The notes below the pieces were generated by a model. The model did no database searches, was not told the origin of the DNA, and saw nothing but the letters and a program-made list of their open reading frames with translations. The translations under genes were made by a program, and so were the position numbers. From assembly GCA_947479455.1 (NCBI GenBank), contig CANJZE010000001.1, positions 109,106 to 173,105 of the forward strand: a stretch of DNA of 64,000 bases, written 5' to 3'. The stretch comes from Bacteroidota bacterium (GTDB taxonomy: Bacteria > Bacteroidota > Bacteroidia > Chitinophagales > LD1). This document shows, one piece after another, positions 18,776 through 27,954 of the stretch (position 1 is the first letter of the stretch; each line of letters opens with the position of its first letter).

Positions 18776-18997
18776 AGCGGGCGCGAATTTAGCCGAATGT
18801 GCCAAAACATCAAGCCTTGCCTGATGAAGGACCGAGTCAATATAGAAGCGGATACATGGTTTGTCAAGTGCTCAGCAAATCTTTTTTTCATTTCAGTTCA
18901 TTATTAAACCGTTTCAGTTTGCAAGGCGAACGGGTGGCTACTAAATAATTGCGCGGCATGGTTTCTCTTCTTTCATTTGCCCCGCAAACAAATTCGT

Positions 18998-20116
18998 ATG
19001 AACAAGAAATTTTTTTTCGCCATTCCAGTAACAGCCGTTGTCATTGCCGCAGTTGGTTTTGCTTCGTGCAACAAAACAAAAACCATAAAGCCCGAGCGCA
19101 AAGCCATTACCGAAGCTGTTTATGCTTCCGGCTTTTTAGTGCCAAAGAATGAGTACAAAGTTTTTTCGCTTAGCGATGGTTACATCGTTTCAAAAACCAA
19201 AGAAGGTGGCGATGATGTAAAACGCGGTGAAGAGATTTACAAAATTCAGAACGATGCCAGCGGAGCAAAGCTCGGTGCCAGCACATCGGCTTATGATTTA
19301 GCAAAGTTGAACGCCTCCGATAATTCTCCGGTGCTGCTCGATTTGAAAAACAAAATAAAAAGTGCCGAAGCCAAATTCAAAAACGACTCAACAAATTTTG
19401 TCCGCTACAAAAACATGTTCGATGCACAGGCAGTAACCAAAGGACAGTTCGATCAAATTGCCCTGGCTTATGATATTTCTTCGAACGATTTAAAATCATT
19501 GAACGAAAATTTCAGAAGAACGAAAGACCAATTGCAAGTGGAGATGAAGAATGCGCAAAGCGTGGTAGCAGCTTCTAATCTCGACTTCGGAAATTATTCT
19601 ATACGCAGTGTAATGGATGGAATGGTTTATGAAACCTATAAAGATTTAGGTGAAGCGGTACGCAGAACAGAACTCGTTGCAGTTGTTGGCGCGAAAGGCG
19701 CAAAGCTTTTAGAACTAAGCGTTGACCAGCAGGATATTGACAAAGTAAAAATTGGTCAGGAAGTAATTGTAAAAATGGATGTGAGCGGAAGCAAAACCTA
19801 CAGCGCAAAAGTGAGCAAGATTTATCCGAACATGAATCAACAAGACCAAAGCTTTAAAGTAGAAGCAGAGTTTTCAGAGAACTGCGAAATGAATTTTGTG
19901 CATACATCGGTTGAGGCGAACATCATTATTGCGCATAAAGATAGCGCGCTCATTATTCCTAAAAATGTTATTCAGGCAAACGATGAAGTGGAAATAAAAT
20001 CATTGGGCATGAACCAAAAAGTAAAAATCAAAAGGGGCTTAGAAAATCTGGAGTATGTAGAAGTAGTGGAAGGTATTAAGGCAGAAGATGAAGTAGTGAT
20101 TCCTAAACTGAAATAA
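18998..20116 (+). CDS. HlyD/MacA-type periplasmic adaptor (membrane fusion) lipoprotein
   Basis: ATG at 18998 gives MNKKFFFAIPVTAVVIAAVGFASC (lipobox). Coiled-coil middle and beta-barrel C-terminus. First gene of the ABC operon. Confidence 0.75.
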   Translation: MNKKFFFAIPVTAVVIAAVGFASCNKTKTIKPERKAITEAVYASGFLVPKNEYKVFSLSDGYIVSKTKEGGDDVKRGEEIYKIQNDASGAKLGASTSAYDLAKLNASDNSPVLLDLKNKIKSAEAKFKNDSTNFVRYKNMFDAQAVTKGQFDQIALAYDISSNDLKSLNENFRRTKDQLQVEMKNAQSVVAASNLDFGNYSIRSVMDGMVYETYKDLGEAVRRTELVAVVGAKGAKLLELSVDQQDIDKVKIGQEVIVKMDVSGSKTYSAKVSKIYPNMNQQDQSFKVEAEFSENCEMNFVHTSVEANIIIAHKDSALIIPKNVIQANDEVEIKSLGMNQKVKIKRGLENLEYVEVVEGIKAEDEVVIPKLK

Positions 20117-20122
20117 ACAAGT

Positions 20123-20161
20123 CCCCTAACATACGTGGGGGAACTAAACTCAAATACTAAA
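20123..20161 (+). repeat. junction hairpin element, copy A (proximal arm decayed)
   Basis: CCCCtaa-catacgt-GGGGG-aactaaactcaaatactaaa, followed directly by ATG 20162. Confidence 0.6.
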
Positions 20162-21037
20162 ATGGGAAACACAATAAGTAAATTCGATTGGCTAGATAGA
20201 AACGAGTATCCGTTTAACCATAACTATCTGACGGTTGATGGAAAGCGGATGCATTACATTGATGAAGGCTCTGGCGAAGTTGTTTTATTTGTGCACGGTA
20301 CTCCATCATGGAGTTTCGATTTTAGAGAACAGATAAAAACTATTAGTAAAACTCATCGTTGTATTGCTGCTGACCATATTGGTTTTGGTTTAAGCGACAA
20401 GCCTGAAAATTATGGTTACTCTACAAAGCAACATTCCAAAAATTTAGAGTCTTTTATTAATCATCTTCAACTTGATAATATTACACTGGTAGTGCACGAT
20501 TTTGGCGGACCAATAGGTTTAAACTATGCCATTTATCATCCGCAAAAAATTAAACAACTGGTAGTTTTAAATACCTGGCTTTGGTCAACACGCAACGAAT
20601 CGGAATACAAACAGGCGGAGATGATTTTGAAATCTCCTTTGCTTCCGGTGTTATATAAATATTTCAATTTCTCTGCAAGGTTTTTAGTGACACAGAGTTG
20701 GGGAAACAAAAAAACATTAACAAAAGAAATTCATAAGCACTATTTAAAACCGTTTTCGAAACCAAGCGAAAGAATGGGAACAATAGCTTTTGCAAAATCG
20801 CTGTTAAACGATCAGGATTGGTTCGAAGAATTGTGGAGCAAGGTTGATGTTCTTACTGGTAAGCCCACGCTATTTATCTGGGGGAAGCTCGATAAATTTA
20901 TGCCTCTGAAATTTTTGGAAAAGTTTCTCACTAAATTTAAGCATGCACAAACAGCTCAAGTAAGCGCAGGCCATTTTTTGCAGGATGAAGCAGCGGCTGA
21001 AGTTACAGCTCAACTCAATTTATTTCTCACCCAATGA
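20162..21037 (+). CDS. alpha/beta hydrolase, haloalkane dehalogenase/epoxide hydrolase-like (Asp nucleophile)
   Basis: VLFVHGTPSWSFDF and VVHDFGGPIG motifs. ATG 20162 is preferred because the tracked GTG 20135 lies inside repeat A. Confidence 0.75.
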   Translation: MGNTISKFDWLDRNEYPFNHNYLTVDGKRMHYIDEGSGEVVLFVHGTPSWSFDFREQIKTISKTHRCIAADHIGFGLSDKPENYGYSTKQHSKNLESFINHLQLDNITLVVHDFGGPIGLNYAIYHPQKIKQLVVLNTWLWSTRNESEYKQAEMILKSPLLPVLYKYFNFSARFLVTQSWGNKKTLTKEIHKHYLKPFSKPSERMGTIAFAKSLLNDQDWFEELWSKVDVLTGKPTLFIWGKLDKFMPLKFLEKFLTKFKHAQTAQVSAGHFLQDEAAAEVTAQLNLFLTQ

Positions 21038-22290
21038 TGAATGTAAACTTCGAAATAGCCAAAACGCATTTGCTTGCTAAACCAAGGCAAACTCTTATAG
21101 CCATGTTGGGTGTAACCTTCGGCATAGGCATGTATATTCTCATGATTAGTTTCATGCAGGGTTTCAACGAATTTTTGGAGGATACACTTCTTTCTTCTAC
21201 ACCTGATGTGCGCATTTACAATGATATTAAAACAGATTTCTCTCATTCCATTCTCGATGAAATTTCGGACACCGGAAAAGTGATGAACGTAATTCATCAT
21301 CCCAAACCGAAAGATATAACACCCAACCTAAAGAGTTCGAGTCGTATAATTGAAGATTTAAAAAAAGATGAGCGCGTACTTGCAGTTTCTCCTCAATTAG
21401 CAACACAGGTTTTCTATGTAAGTGGACCAGTGCAAATAAACGGAACACTTAGCGGTGTAAATATTTTGGAAGAAGCACGACTCACCGGTTTGCAACCAAA
21501 AATGAAAACAGGTAAAATTGAAAATCTATTGACTATTGATAACGGAATTTTGATGGGTCACGGTCTAGCTAACAAATTAAATGTGCATGTAGGCGATATG
21601 ATTTCCCTAGCTACACCAAAGGGAACCGCCATGCGTTTTCGTATTGTGGGAACGTTTCAATTCGGTATCGGTTCGCTTGACAATATCAAAAGCTATGTAA
21701 ATCTTTCGAAGGTGCAGCAGCTCGTGGGCAAAGACAATCAGTATGTAACAGACATTGGTATTAAGTTGAAAAATTACGATAACGCCACCGATGTGGCAAA
21801 AGAATTTTCAGCCCGCTACAGTTATAAAGCAGACGATTGGAAAACTACCAACGCTAGTGCCATGGTTTCTATTCTCATTCGCAACGTAATGACGTTCGTG
21901 GTTTCGTTTACACTTCTTGTAGTTGCGGGTTTCGGCATCTATAATATCATGAGCATGACTATTCAGAATAAACTAAAAGACATTGCGATTTTAAAAGCCG
22001 AAGGATTTTCGAGCGGAGATATTCGACAAATATTTTTGACAGAAAGCGTGACCATTGGCGTTTTCGGTGCGCTCAGCGGTTTAATGCTTGGTTTTGTTTT
22101 GAGTAGTGGTGTTTATAGTCTGCCGTTTCCGAAAAATGATTTTATCAGCATCACGCATTTTCCTGTGGTATTTCATTTGAAGCATTACGCCTTCGGTATG
22201 GGTTTCGGAATTATCACCACTTTTATTGCGGGTTTAATGCCGAGTATAAAAGCAGGTAAAATTGACCCTGTGGCAATATTGAGAGGATAA
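21034..22290 (+). CDS. ABC transporter permease, FtsX/MacB/LolE-like
   Basis: N-terminal TM, large periplasmic domain and C-terminal FtsX-type TM bundle. ATGA overlap with the upstream gene. Confidence 0.85.
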   Translation: MMNVNFEIAKTHLLAKPRQTLIAMLGVTFGIGMYILMISFMQGFNEFLEDTLLSSTPDVRIYNDIKTDFSHSILDEISDTGKVMNVIHHPKPKDITPNLKSSSRIIEDLKKDERVLAVSPQLATQVFYVSGPVQINGTLSGVNILEEARLTGLQPKMKTGKIENLLTIDNGILMGHGLANKLNVHVGDMISLATPKGTAMRFRIVGTFQFGIGSLDNIKSYVNLSKVQQLVGKDNQYVTDIGIKLKNYDNATDVAKEFSARYSYKADDWKTTNASAMVSILIRNVMTFVVSFTLLVVAGFGIYNIMSMTIQNKLKDIAILKAEGFSSGDIRQIFLTESVTIGVFGALSGLMLGFVLSSGVYSLPFPKNDFISITHFPVVFHLKHYAFGMGFGIITTFIAGLMPSIKAGKIDPVAILRG

Positions 22291-22297
22291 AAACCAA

Positions 22298-22337
22298 GCC
22301 CCCTAACCCCCGAAGGGGGAACTAAAGACAAATACAT
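22298..22337 (+). repeat. junction hairpin element, copy B1
   Basis: gCCCCCtaa-CCCCCgaa-GGGGG-aactaaagacaaatacat. Its first 24 nt are identical to copy D. Confidence 0.75.
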
Positions 22338-22343
22338 ATCTGT

Positions 22344-23084
22344 ATGGACGATTCAAATAAATATGACAAAACTAAAGCCTCCCTTTCGGGGAGGTTTGGA
22401 GGGGCTACTGTTTTATCTGCCCGTAATCTTTCTAAATCATTTTACGAGCCAGAAGAGTTTCAGGTGCTTAAGAATGTTTCGTTCGATGTGCAGAAAGGAG
22501 AGTTTGTTTCTATCGTTGGTAAAAGCGGTTGCGGTAAATCTACCTTACTCTATTTGATTTCTACACTCGACACCGAATACAAAGGAGAAATTTTTATGAA
22601 CGAAAAGAAGGTAACCGGGCTTTCGCAAAATGAACTTGCACACTTTCGCAACGAACACATCGGTTTCGTTTTTCAATTTCATTTTCTTCTTCCTGAATTT
22701 TCGGCACTTAAAAACGTAATGTTGCCCGCTGAAAAACTGGGCAAGTATTCAAAGAGTGAATGCGAAGACCGCGCTTATGAAAAACTGAAATGGCTCAACA
22801 TGGATAAGTTTGCATTGAAACTTTCTTCTAAACTTTCGGGCGGTCAACAACAGCGCGTGGCTATTGCACGTGCACTAATTAACGACCCTACCATTATGAT
22901 GGGCGATGAACCCACAGGTAACCTAGATTCCACTAACACCGATATTGTTTTTGATATTCTGAAAGATTTATGCAAGAGCAAAGGACAAACAATTATTTCG
23001 GTAACCCACGATACCGAGTTTGCTCAAAAGAGCGATAGAATTATTGAAATGAAAGACGGTGAAATTGTAAAGCATGAAGGTTAA
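22344..23084 (+). CDS. ABC transporter ATP-binding protein (MacB/LolD-like)
   Basis: Walker A GKSGCGKST, signature LSGGQQQRVAIARAL, Walker B IMMGDEPT. The N-terminal ~22 aa are encoded by repeat sequence. Confidence 0.9.
   Translation: MDDSNKYDKTKASLSGRFGGATVLSARNLSKSFYEPEEFQVLKNVSFDVQKGEFVSIVGKSGCGKSTLLYLISTLDTEYKGEIFMNEKKVTGLSQNELAHFRNEHIGFVFQFHFLLPEFSALKNVMLPAEKLGKYSKSECEDRAYEKLKWLNMDKFALKLSSKLSGGQQQRVAIARALINDPTIMMGDEPTGNLDSTNTDIVFDILKDLCKSKGQTIISVTHDTEFAQKSDRIIEMKDGEIVKHEG
22371..22404 (-). repeat. junction hairpin element, copy B2 (inverted orientation, inside the ABC ATPase ORF)
   Basis: Plus strand actaaag-CCTCCC-tttcg-GGGAGG-ttt-GGAGGGG. The reverse complement has the family architecture CCCCTCCaaa-CCTCCCcgaaa-GGGAGG. 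Confidence 0.55.
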
Positions 23085-24081
23085 AGAAGAAACAAAAATT
23101 GCTATCGGCATTATCGGTATTATCTATGTGGTATTTACGGTGGTAAAAACATTTTTCTTTCTTGACCAAAGTCTGGAGTTTCATTTACTGACCAGCGTGG
23201 TGGCACTATTTGCTATTGGTTTTTTTGGTTACATCGTTCGCGCCATTGACATTTACCTCGATAAAATCTATCCCTTTGAACGAAACGTTTTAAAAAGGTT
23301 AGCCATTCAGTTTGCAGTAACTCTAACCGTGCTACTCTTAATTCGCACGGTGCCTTACGTTTTGTTTTATGACCAATTTCCTTTTCATCCATCTCCCGAT
23401 ATTCTAGTAGCTACTTATGCCCTGAACATTTTCATGGTGCTCAGTGTTATCCTTTCCATTTTCGGTTATCACTTTTTTGTTAGGTGGAAACAAGAAAAAA
23501 TTACAGCCGCAGAATTGGAAAAAGAAAAAGCTCTAGTGCAGTACGACAACCTGAAGAATCAATTGAATCCGCATTTTCTTTTCAATGCACTTTCATCGCT
23601 CAACTCTTTAATTTTTGAAAACCCGCAATTGGCTTCTGATTTTTTACAGCAACTATCGAAAGTGTATCGCTATGTTTTAGAAAACAAAGAGAAGAGCACA
23701 GTGAGTTTGCAAACCGAAATAAATTTTGTTAACCACTACATCAAATTGCTGAAGACCAGATTTGATGGTGGATTGAAAGTAATTTTCGAAATAAGCGATG
23801 AAACAAAAGAGAAAATGATTGTGCCGGTAACTCTTCAAATTTTAATTGAGAACGCGGCAAAGCACAACACCACCTCCAAAGATTCACCATTGGTCATCTG
23901 CATTAAAACAGTTGGTGATTATCTTTCAGTAGAAAATAATTTACAGAAGAAGAACGCCATTGAAATTTCAAACAAACATGGATTAGAGAATTTGAAAAAC
24001 CTTTATCGCTTTATTTCAGACAAAGACGTATTGGTTACTGAAACAAGTAATTCTTTCACCGTAAAAATTCCGCTAACATGA
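23074..24081 (+). CDS. LytS-type sensor histidine kinase (membrane)
   Basis: Multi-TM N-terminus, NPHFLFNALSSLN histidine-kinase motif and an ATPase C-terminus. Overlaps the ATPase gene end. Confidence 0.85.
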   Translation: MKVKEETKIAIGIIGIIYVVFTVVKTFFFLDQSLEFHLLTSVVALFAIGFFGYIVRAIDIYLDKIYPFERNVLKRLAIQFAVTLTVLLLIRTVPYVLFYDQFPFHPSPDILVATYALNIFMVLSVILSIFGYHFFVRWKQEKITAAELEKEKALVQYDNLKNQLNPHFLFNALSSLNSLIFENPQLASDFLQQLSKVYRYVLENKEKSTVSLQTEINFVNHYIKLLKTRFDGGLKVIFEISDETKEKMIVPVTLQILIENAAKHNTTSKDSPLVICIKTVGDYLSVENNLQKKNAIEISNKHGLENLKNLYRFISDKDVLVTETSNSFTVKIPLT

Positions 24082-24845
24082 AAGTTGTAATCATAGAAGA
24101 TGAACCGTTGATTGCAAAAAATCTTCAGCGAATGCTGAAGCAGATGGATGCTACAATTGAAGTTCTAACAGTTCTTGATTCGGTTTCTTCATCGGTAAAC
24201 TGGCTGAAGGAAAACGAACAACCCGATTTGTTTTTCATGGATATTCAGCTTTCAGACGGAGTGAGCTTCGACATTTTTAATAAAACAGAAATTGAAAGCC
24301 CGGTGATTTTCACCACAGCTTATAATGAATATGCTATTCGTGCTTTCAAAGTAAACAGCGTTGATTATTTGCTGAAACCTATTGACAGGGAACAACTGCA
24401 ACTGGCTATTGAGAAATTCAAAAAATATTTTGGTGTAAAGAATGATGCGGTCAGCGACCAGTTTAAATCACTTTTAGAAAATCTTCAAAACAAAAGCACT
24501 CCTAAATTTAAGGAGCGTTTTCTGGCACATTATAAAGGTGGTATTGTCCCTGTGCCTGAAAGCAAAACCGCTTATTTTATTAAAGACACAATCATTTACC
24601 TTGGCAACAACGACAATGAAAAGTTAGTGACTGACTACAACACGATTGATGAAATTGAAGAAGTGATGAACCCTTCTAACTTCTTTCGTGCTAACCGACA
24701 AATGATAATTCATATTGAGCAAGTAGATACTTACAAAAAGCATGATACAGGAAAAATAGAAGTGCATTTAAAGTGCGATAAAAATCTGCGAGTTGATGTA
24801 AGTCGCGAAAAAGCAAATGAGTTTGTAAATTGGCTCGACCGTTAA
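24078..24845 (+). CDS. LytR/AlgR-family response regulator (receiver + LytTR DNA-binding domain)
   Basis: Receiver VVIIEDEPL...FMDIQLSDG and a C-terminal LytTR-like domain. ATGA overlap with the kinase gene. Confidence 0.88.
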   Translation: MKVVIIEDEPLIAKNLQRMLKQMDATIEVLTVLDSVSSSVNWLKENEQPDLFFMDIQLSDGVSFDIFNKTEIESPVIFTTAYNEYAIRAFKVNSVDYLLKPIDREQLQLAIEKFKKYFGVKNDAVSDQFKSLLENLQNKSTPKFKERFLAHYKGGIVPVPESKTAYFIKDTIIYLGNNDNEKLVTDYNTIDEIEEVMNPSNFFRANRQMIIHIEQVDTYKKHDTGKIEVHLKCDKNLRVDVSREKANEFVNWLDR

Positions 24846-24922
24846 CTGCGGTCTGCACCGAAGGTAAGACCAAAAGAAAAATTTAAGCGCGCTAAGAGCA
24901 ATAAATTATCTTCGCCCGAATT

Positions 24923-25198
24923 ATGACAGCAGATGCTTACAAACAAGCCGTAAAGGACTTAATGGAAATTCCGGGAGTGGGTCGTTCGGTAGCCGATGAT
25001 TTAATTCAAATGGGAATTACTAAAGTGGGTGATTTGAAAAATAAAGATGCAGAGCGCCTTTACACAAAATCGAATCGCCAGGCAGGCGCCACACAAGATA
25101 GATGTTTGCTTTATACCTTTCGTTGTGCTGTGTATTTTGCTTCGAACGAAAAGCACGATGAAGAAAAACTGAAGTGGTGGAACTGGAAGGATAAATAG
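24923..25198 (+). CDS. helix-hairpin-helix domain protein (Cdd1/'pathogenicity locus'-like)
   Basis: LMEIPGVGRSVADDLIQMGITKVGDL HhH motif and the conserved DRCLLYTFRCAVYFAS segment. Confidence 0.65.
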   Translation: MTADAYKQAVKDLMEIPGVGRSVADDLIQMGITKVGDLKNKDAERLYTKSNRQAGATQDRCLLYTFRCAVYFASNEKHDEEKLKWWNWKDK

Positions 25199-25262
25199 TC
25201 AGCGGCAGCAGCAGTATACAGTTGCGGTCAACAGCCGAAATACAAGTAAACACGAATTAGAA

Positions 25263-25829
25263 ATGAGTGGTGTAATTGAAAATACAGTTGCAGAATTTGA
25301 TAAAGTAACTGCCGAAGCAAAATCTCTTTTCGGCAATCTCACTTCTACACAACTAAACTGGAAACCTTCTGCTGAAAAATGGAGTATTGCTCAATGCCTC
25401 GACCATTTAATTGTTTCCAACTCTACCTATTACCAGCAGTTTGAAAAGGTGTCATCGGGCAATCACAAAAATTCGTTTTATCAAAACATCAAATTCATTT
25501 CAAAGTTCTTTGGCGATTATTTGATTAAGGAAACGGGTGCAGTTGTTGCAAAGCCAATGCAAAGTCCTGCGGCATTCGTTCCATCACAAAGCGAAATTGC
25601 AGGGACAATAGTTTCGGATTTTGAAAAACACCAAAAGGAATTTTCTGTTGCCATTCAGCAGTTGGAGAATGCAGACTTGGACAAAACCATTATCTCCTCT
25701 CCTGCCTTGAAAATTATTACTTACAGTTTTACAGATGTGCTTACCGTTCTGGTTGGTCATGAGCAACGCCACTTAACACAGGCTAAAAATGTGTTGAAGG
25801 ATGAAAGCTTCCCAAAGAAATTGGAATAA
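25263..25829 (+). CDS. DinB-family protein
   Basis: WSIAQCLDHLI ... VLVGHEQRHLTQA histidine pattern of the DinB_2-type bundle. Confidence 0.7.
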   Translation: MSGVIENTVAEFDKVTAEAKSLFGNLTSTQLNWKPSAEKWSIAQCLDHLIVSNSTYYQQFEKVSSGNHKNSFYQNIKFISKFFGDYLIKETGAVVAKPMQSPAAFVPSQSEIAGTIVSDFEKHQKEFSVAIQQLENADLDKTIISSPALKIITYSFTDVLTVLVGHEQRHLTQAKNVLKDESFPKKLE

Positions 25830-26552
25830 TTATTTGCTAAACTCTTTCAGCTTGGCTTCCAGGTCATCTTCGGCTACCACGCCTACGTTACGCCAAACTT
25901 CTTTGCCTTGTTTATAGAGAATTAGAAGTGGAATTGCGTTTGCGTTCATGGTATTGGCTACAATATTATTTTGATCAACATCAATATCTAACAAAGAAAC
26001 CTGTGTTGAATATTTCTTTACCAATTTTAAAACTATTGGTTTTAAAATCTTGCAAGGTCCGCACCACACGGCATTAAAATCAACCAGCACCAATTTATCG
26101 CTAACCTTTATATGTCGCAGGTAATCATCAAAACTCATTCCTGTGTTTCCATTTATTTTTTCCCCATTGGCATTTACAACGGTCTTTCCTTCTTTAAGCC
26201 ACGAATTAATTCCTTCCTCCAAATTATATACCTGTGTAAAACCATTTGCTGATGCCCATTCAGCCGCTTTTTTACTTCTGCTTCCAGCTAAGCAATAAAT
26301 ATAAACTGGTCGCTTTTTATCCAACAGATTCATATTGGTTTCAAACTTATCATCGTTAATATTGAAGTTGTGCGCTTCTAAAATATGTTTCTCATTATAC
26401 TCTTCGGGCGTTCGTACATCTACCAACTGAGAACCGGTTTGTGTAATTCCTACACCAAAATCAGCCACTCCAATATTTTTAAAAGAACTCTGGCTATTAC
26501 AAGAAGTAAAAGCAAAAAGCAAAAATAGAACGGCAGACAAAATATTTTTCAT
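25830..26552 (-). CDS. exported rhodanese-thioredoxin fusion protein
   Basis: Lipoprotein-like signal LFAFTSC. Rhodanese active-site loop CLAGSRS. C-terminal thioredoxin WCGPCK. Confidence 0.8.
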   Translation of the reverse strand: MKNILSAVLFLLFAFTSCNSQSSFKNIGVADFGVGITQTGSQLVDVRTPEEYNEKHILEAHNFNINDDKFETNMNLLDKKRPVYIYCLAGSRSKKAAEWASANGFTQVYNLEEGINSWLKEGKTVVNANGEKINGNTGMSFDDYLRHIKVSDKLVLVDFNAVWCGPCKILKPIVLKLVKKYSTQVSLLDIDVDQNNIVANTMNANAIPLLILYKQGKEVWRNVGVVAEDDLEAKLKEFSK

Positions 26553-26556
26553 GGTG

Positions 26557-27954
26557 TTATTTTAATTCAGTTATCAAATTTGTTTTAGAAATGTTTGTTT
26601 TTGCTAAGGCTGCGTAGCCACCCGCAACTTCGATTAAATTATTGAAACCTCTTGCTTTTAAGATAGAAACTGCGACCATAGAACGATAGCCACCAGCGCA
26701 ATGAATAAAATACGTTTTGTTTTTATCAATTTCGCTTGTCCAATCGTTGATAAAATCTAGTGGTCTGCTTTCAGCTTCTGTAACATGTTCGTCTTCGAAT
26801 TCATTAACACGTCTCACATCCAGCACATTCGTTTCGTTGTTGTATTGCGAAGAAAATTCATTGGCAGAAATAGATAGAATAGTTTCCGCGTTTCTACCCG
26901 ACTTTTTCCATTCTTCCATTCCACCATTTAAATAGCCGAGCGTATTATCGTACCCCACACGTGCCAATCGCATTACACACTCTTCTTCTTTTCCTTCATC
27001 GCACACCAACAATATAGGTTGGTTCAAATCAGTAATGAGCGTTCCTACCCAAACCGCAAACTGTCCGCTCAATCCAATATTTACCGAACCGGGAACAAAT
27101 CCTTTACAGAAAACCTGCGCCTCGCGCGTGTCAAGAATGAGAGCAGAAGTTTCTTCTGCTGCAGTTTCAAATTCAGCAGGCGAAAGCTTTTTTAAGCCGT
27201 GCGAATAGACTTCATCTAATTTACCTGCGCCTTGTTTATTCATCATGGCATTTTTCGAAAAATATTGCGGAGCAGATGCAATTCCTTCGGTGAGTTGTTT
27301 TACAAATTCTTCTTTCGAAATATTTTGTAAAGCATAGTTTACTTGTTTTTGATGACCCAGCGTATCGAAAGTTTCTTTGCTCATGTTTTTTCCACAAGCA
27401 GAACCCGCACCATGAGCAGGATAAACAATCACCTCATCGGGCAGAGGCATAATTTTATTTCGCAGCGAATCGAAAAGCATTCCCGCTAAATCTTCCTTAG
27501 TAACATTTCCGGCAATTGCCAAATCAGGACGACCAACATCGCCAATAAACAATGTATCGCCTGTAAAAATGCAATGCTCTTTTCCGTTTTCGTCAATCAA
27601 TAAATAAGTAGCTGATTCGGGCGTGTGACCGGGCGTGTGTAGCACACGGAGTTTAATTTTTCCAATTGAAAATTCGTCTCCGTCTTTTGCGCTAATGCAA
27701 TCGAAATGACAATCAGCATTTGGTCCATAAACAATTTTTGCTCCTGTTTTTTGCGAAAGTTCTAAATGTCCCGAAACAAAATCAGCATGAAAGTGAGTCT
27801 CGAAAACGTATTTAATTTTTGCGTTGTTCTTTTCCGCACGGCTGATGTAGGGTAATGTTTCGCGAAGAGGGTCAATAATGGCACACTCCCCATTACTCTC
27901 AACGTAATATGCCGCCTCTGCCAAACATCCGGTATAGATTTGTTCAATCTTCAT
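26557..27954 (-). CDS. persulfide dioxygenase (MBL fold) fused to rhodanese domains, CstB-like
   Basis: Start at internal MKIEQIYTG. HFHADFVSGH metal motif and HTPGHTPES. Two rhodanese-like domains, the last with a CAGGYRS active-site loop. Confidence 0.8.
   Translation of the reverse strand: MKIEQIYTGCLAEAAYYVESNGECAIIDPLRETLPYISRAEKNNAKIKYVFETHFHADFVSGHLELSQKTGAKIVYGPNADCHFDCISAKDGDEFSIGKIKLRVLHTPGHTPESATYLLIDENGKEHCIFTGDTLFIGDVGRPDLAIAGNVTKEDLAGMLFDSLRNKIMPLPDEVIVYPAHGAGSACGKNMSKETFDTLGHQKQVNYALQNISKEEFVKQLTEGIASAPQYFSKNAMMNKQGAGKLDEVYSHGLKKLSPAEFETAAEETSALILDTREAQVFCKGFVPGSVNIGLSGQFAVWVGTLITDLNQPILLVCDEGKEEECVMRLARVGYDNTLGYLNGGMEEWKKSGRNAETILSISANEFSSQYNNETNVLDVRRVNEFEDEHVTEAESRPLDFINDWTSEIDKNKTYFIHCAGGYRSMVAVSILKARGFNNLIEVAGGYAALAKTNISKTNLITELK

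Noticed and set aside
20135-20161. GTG start at 20135 for the alpha/beta hydrolase (MGELNSNTK...).
   Set aside because: The GTG lies in the 3' arm of repeat copy A. The ATG at 20162 sits at the end of the element tail, as in copies C and D.
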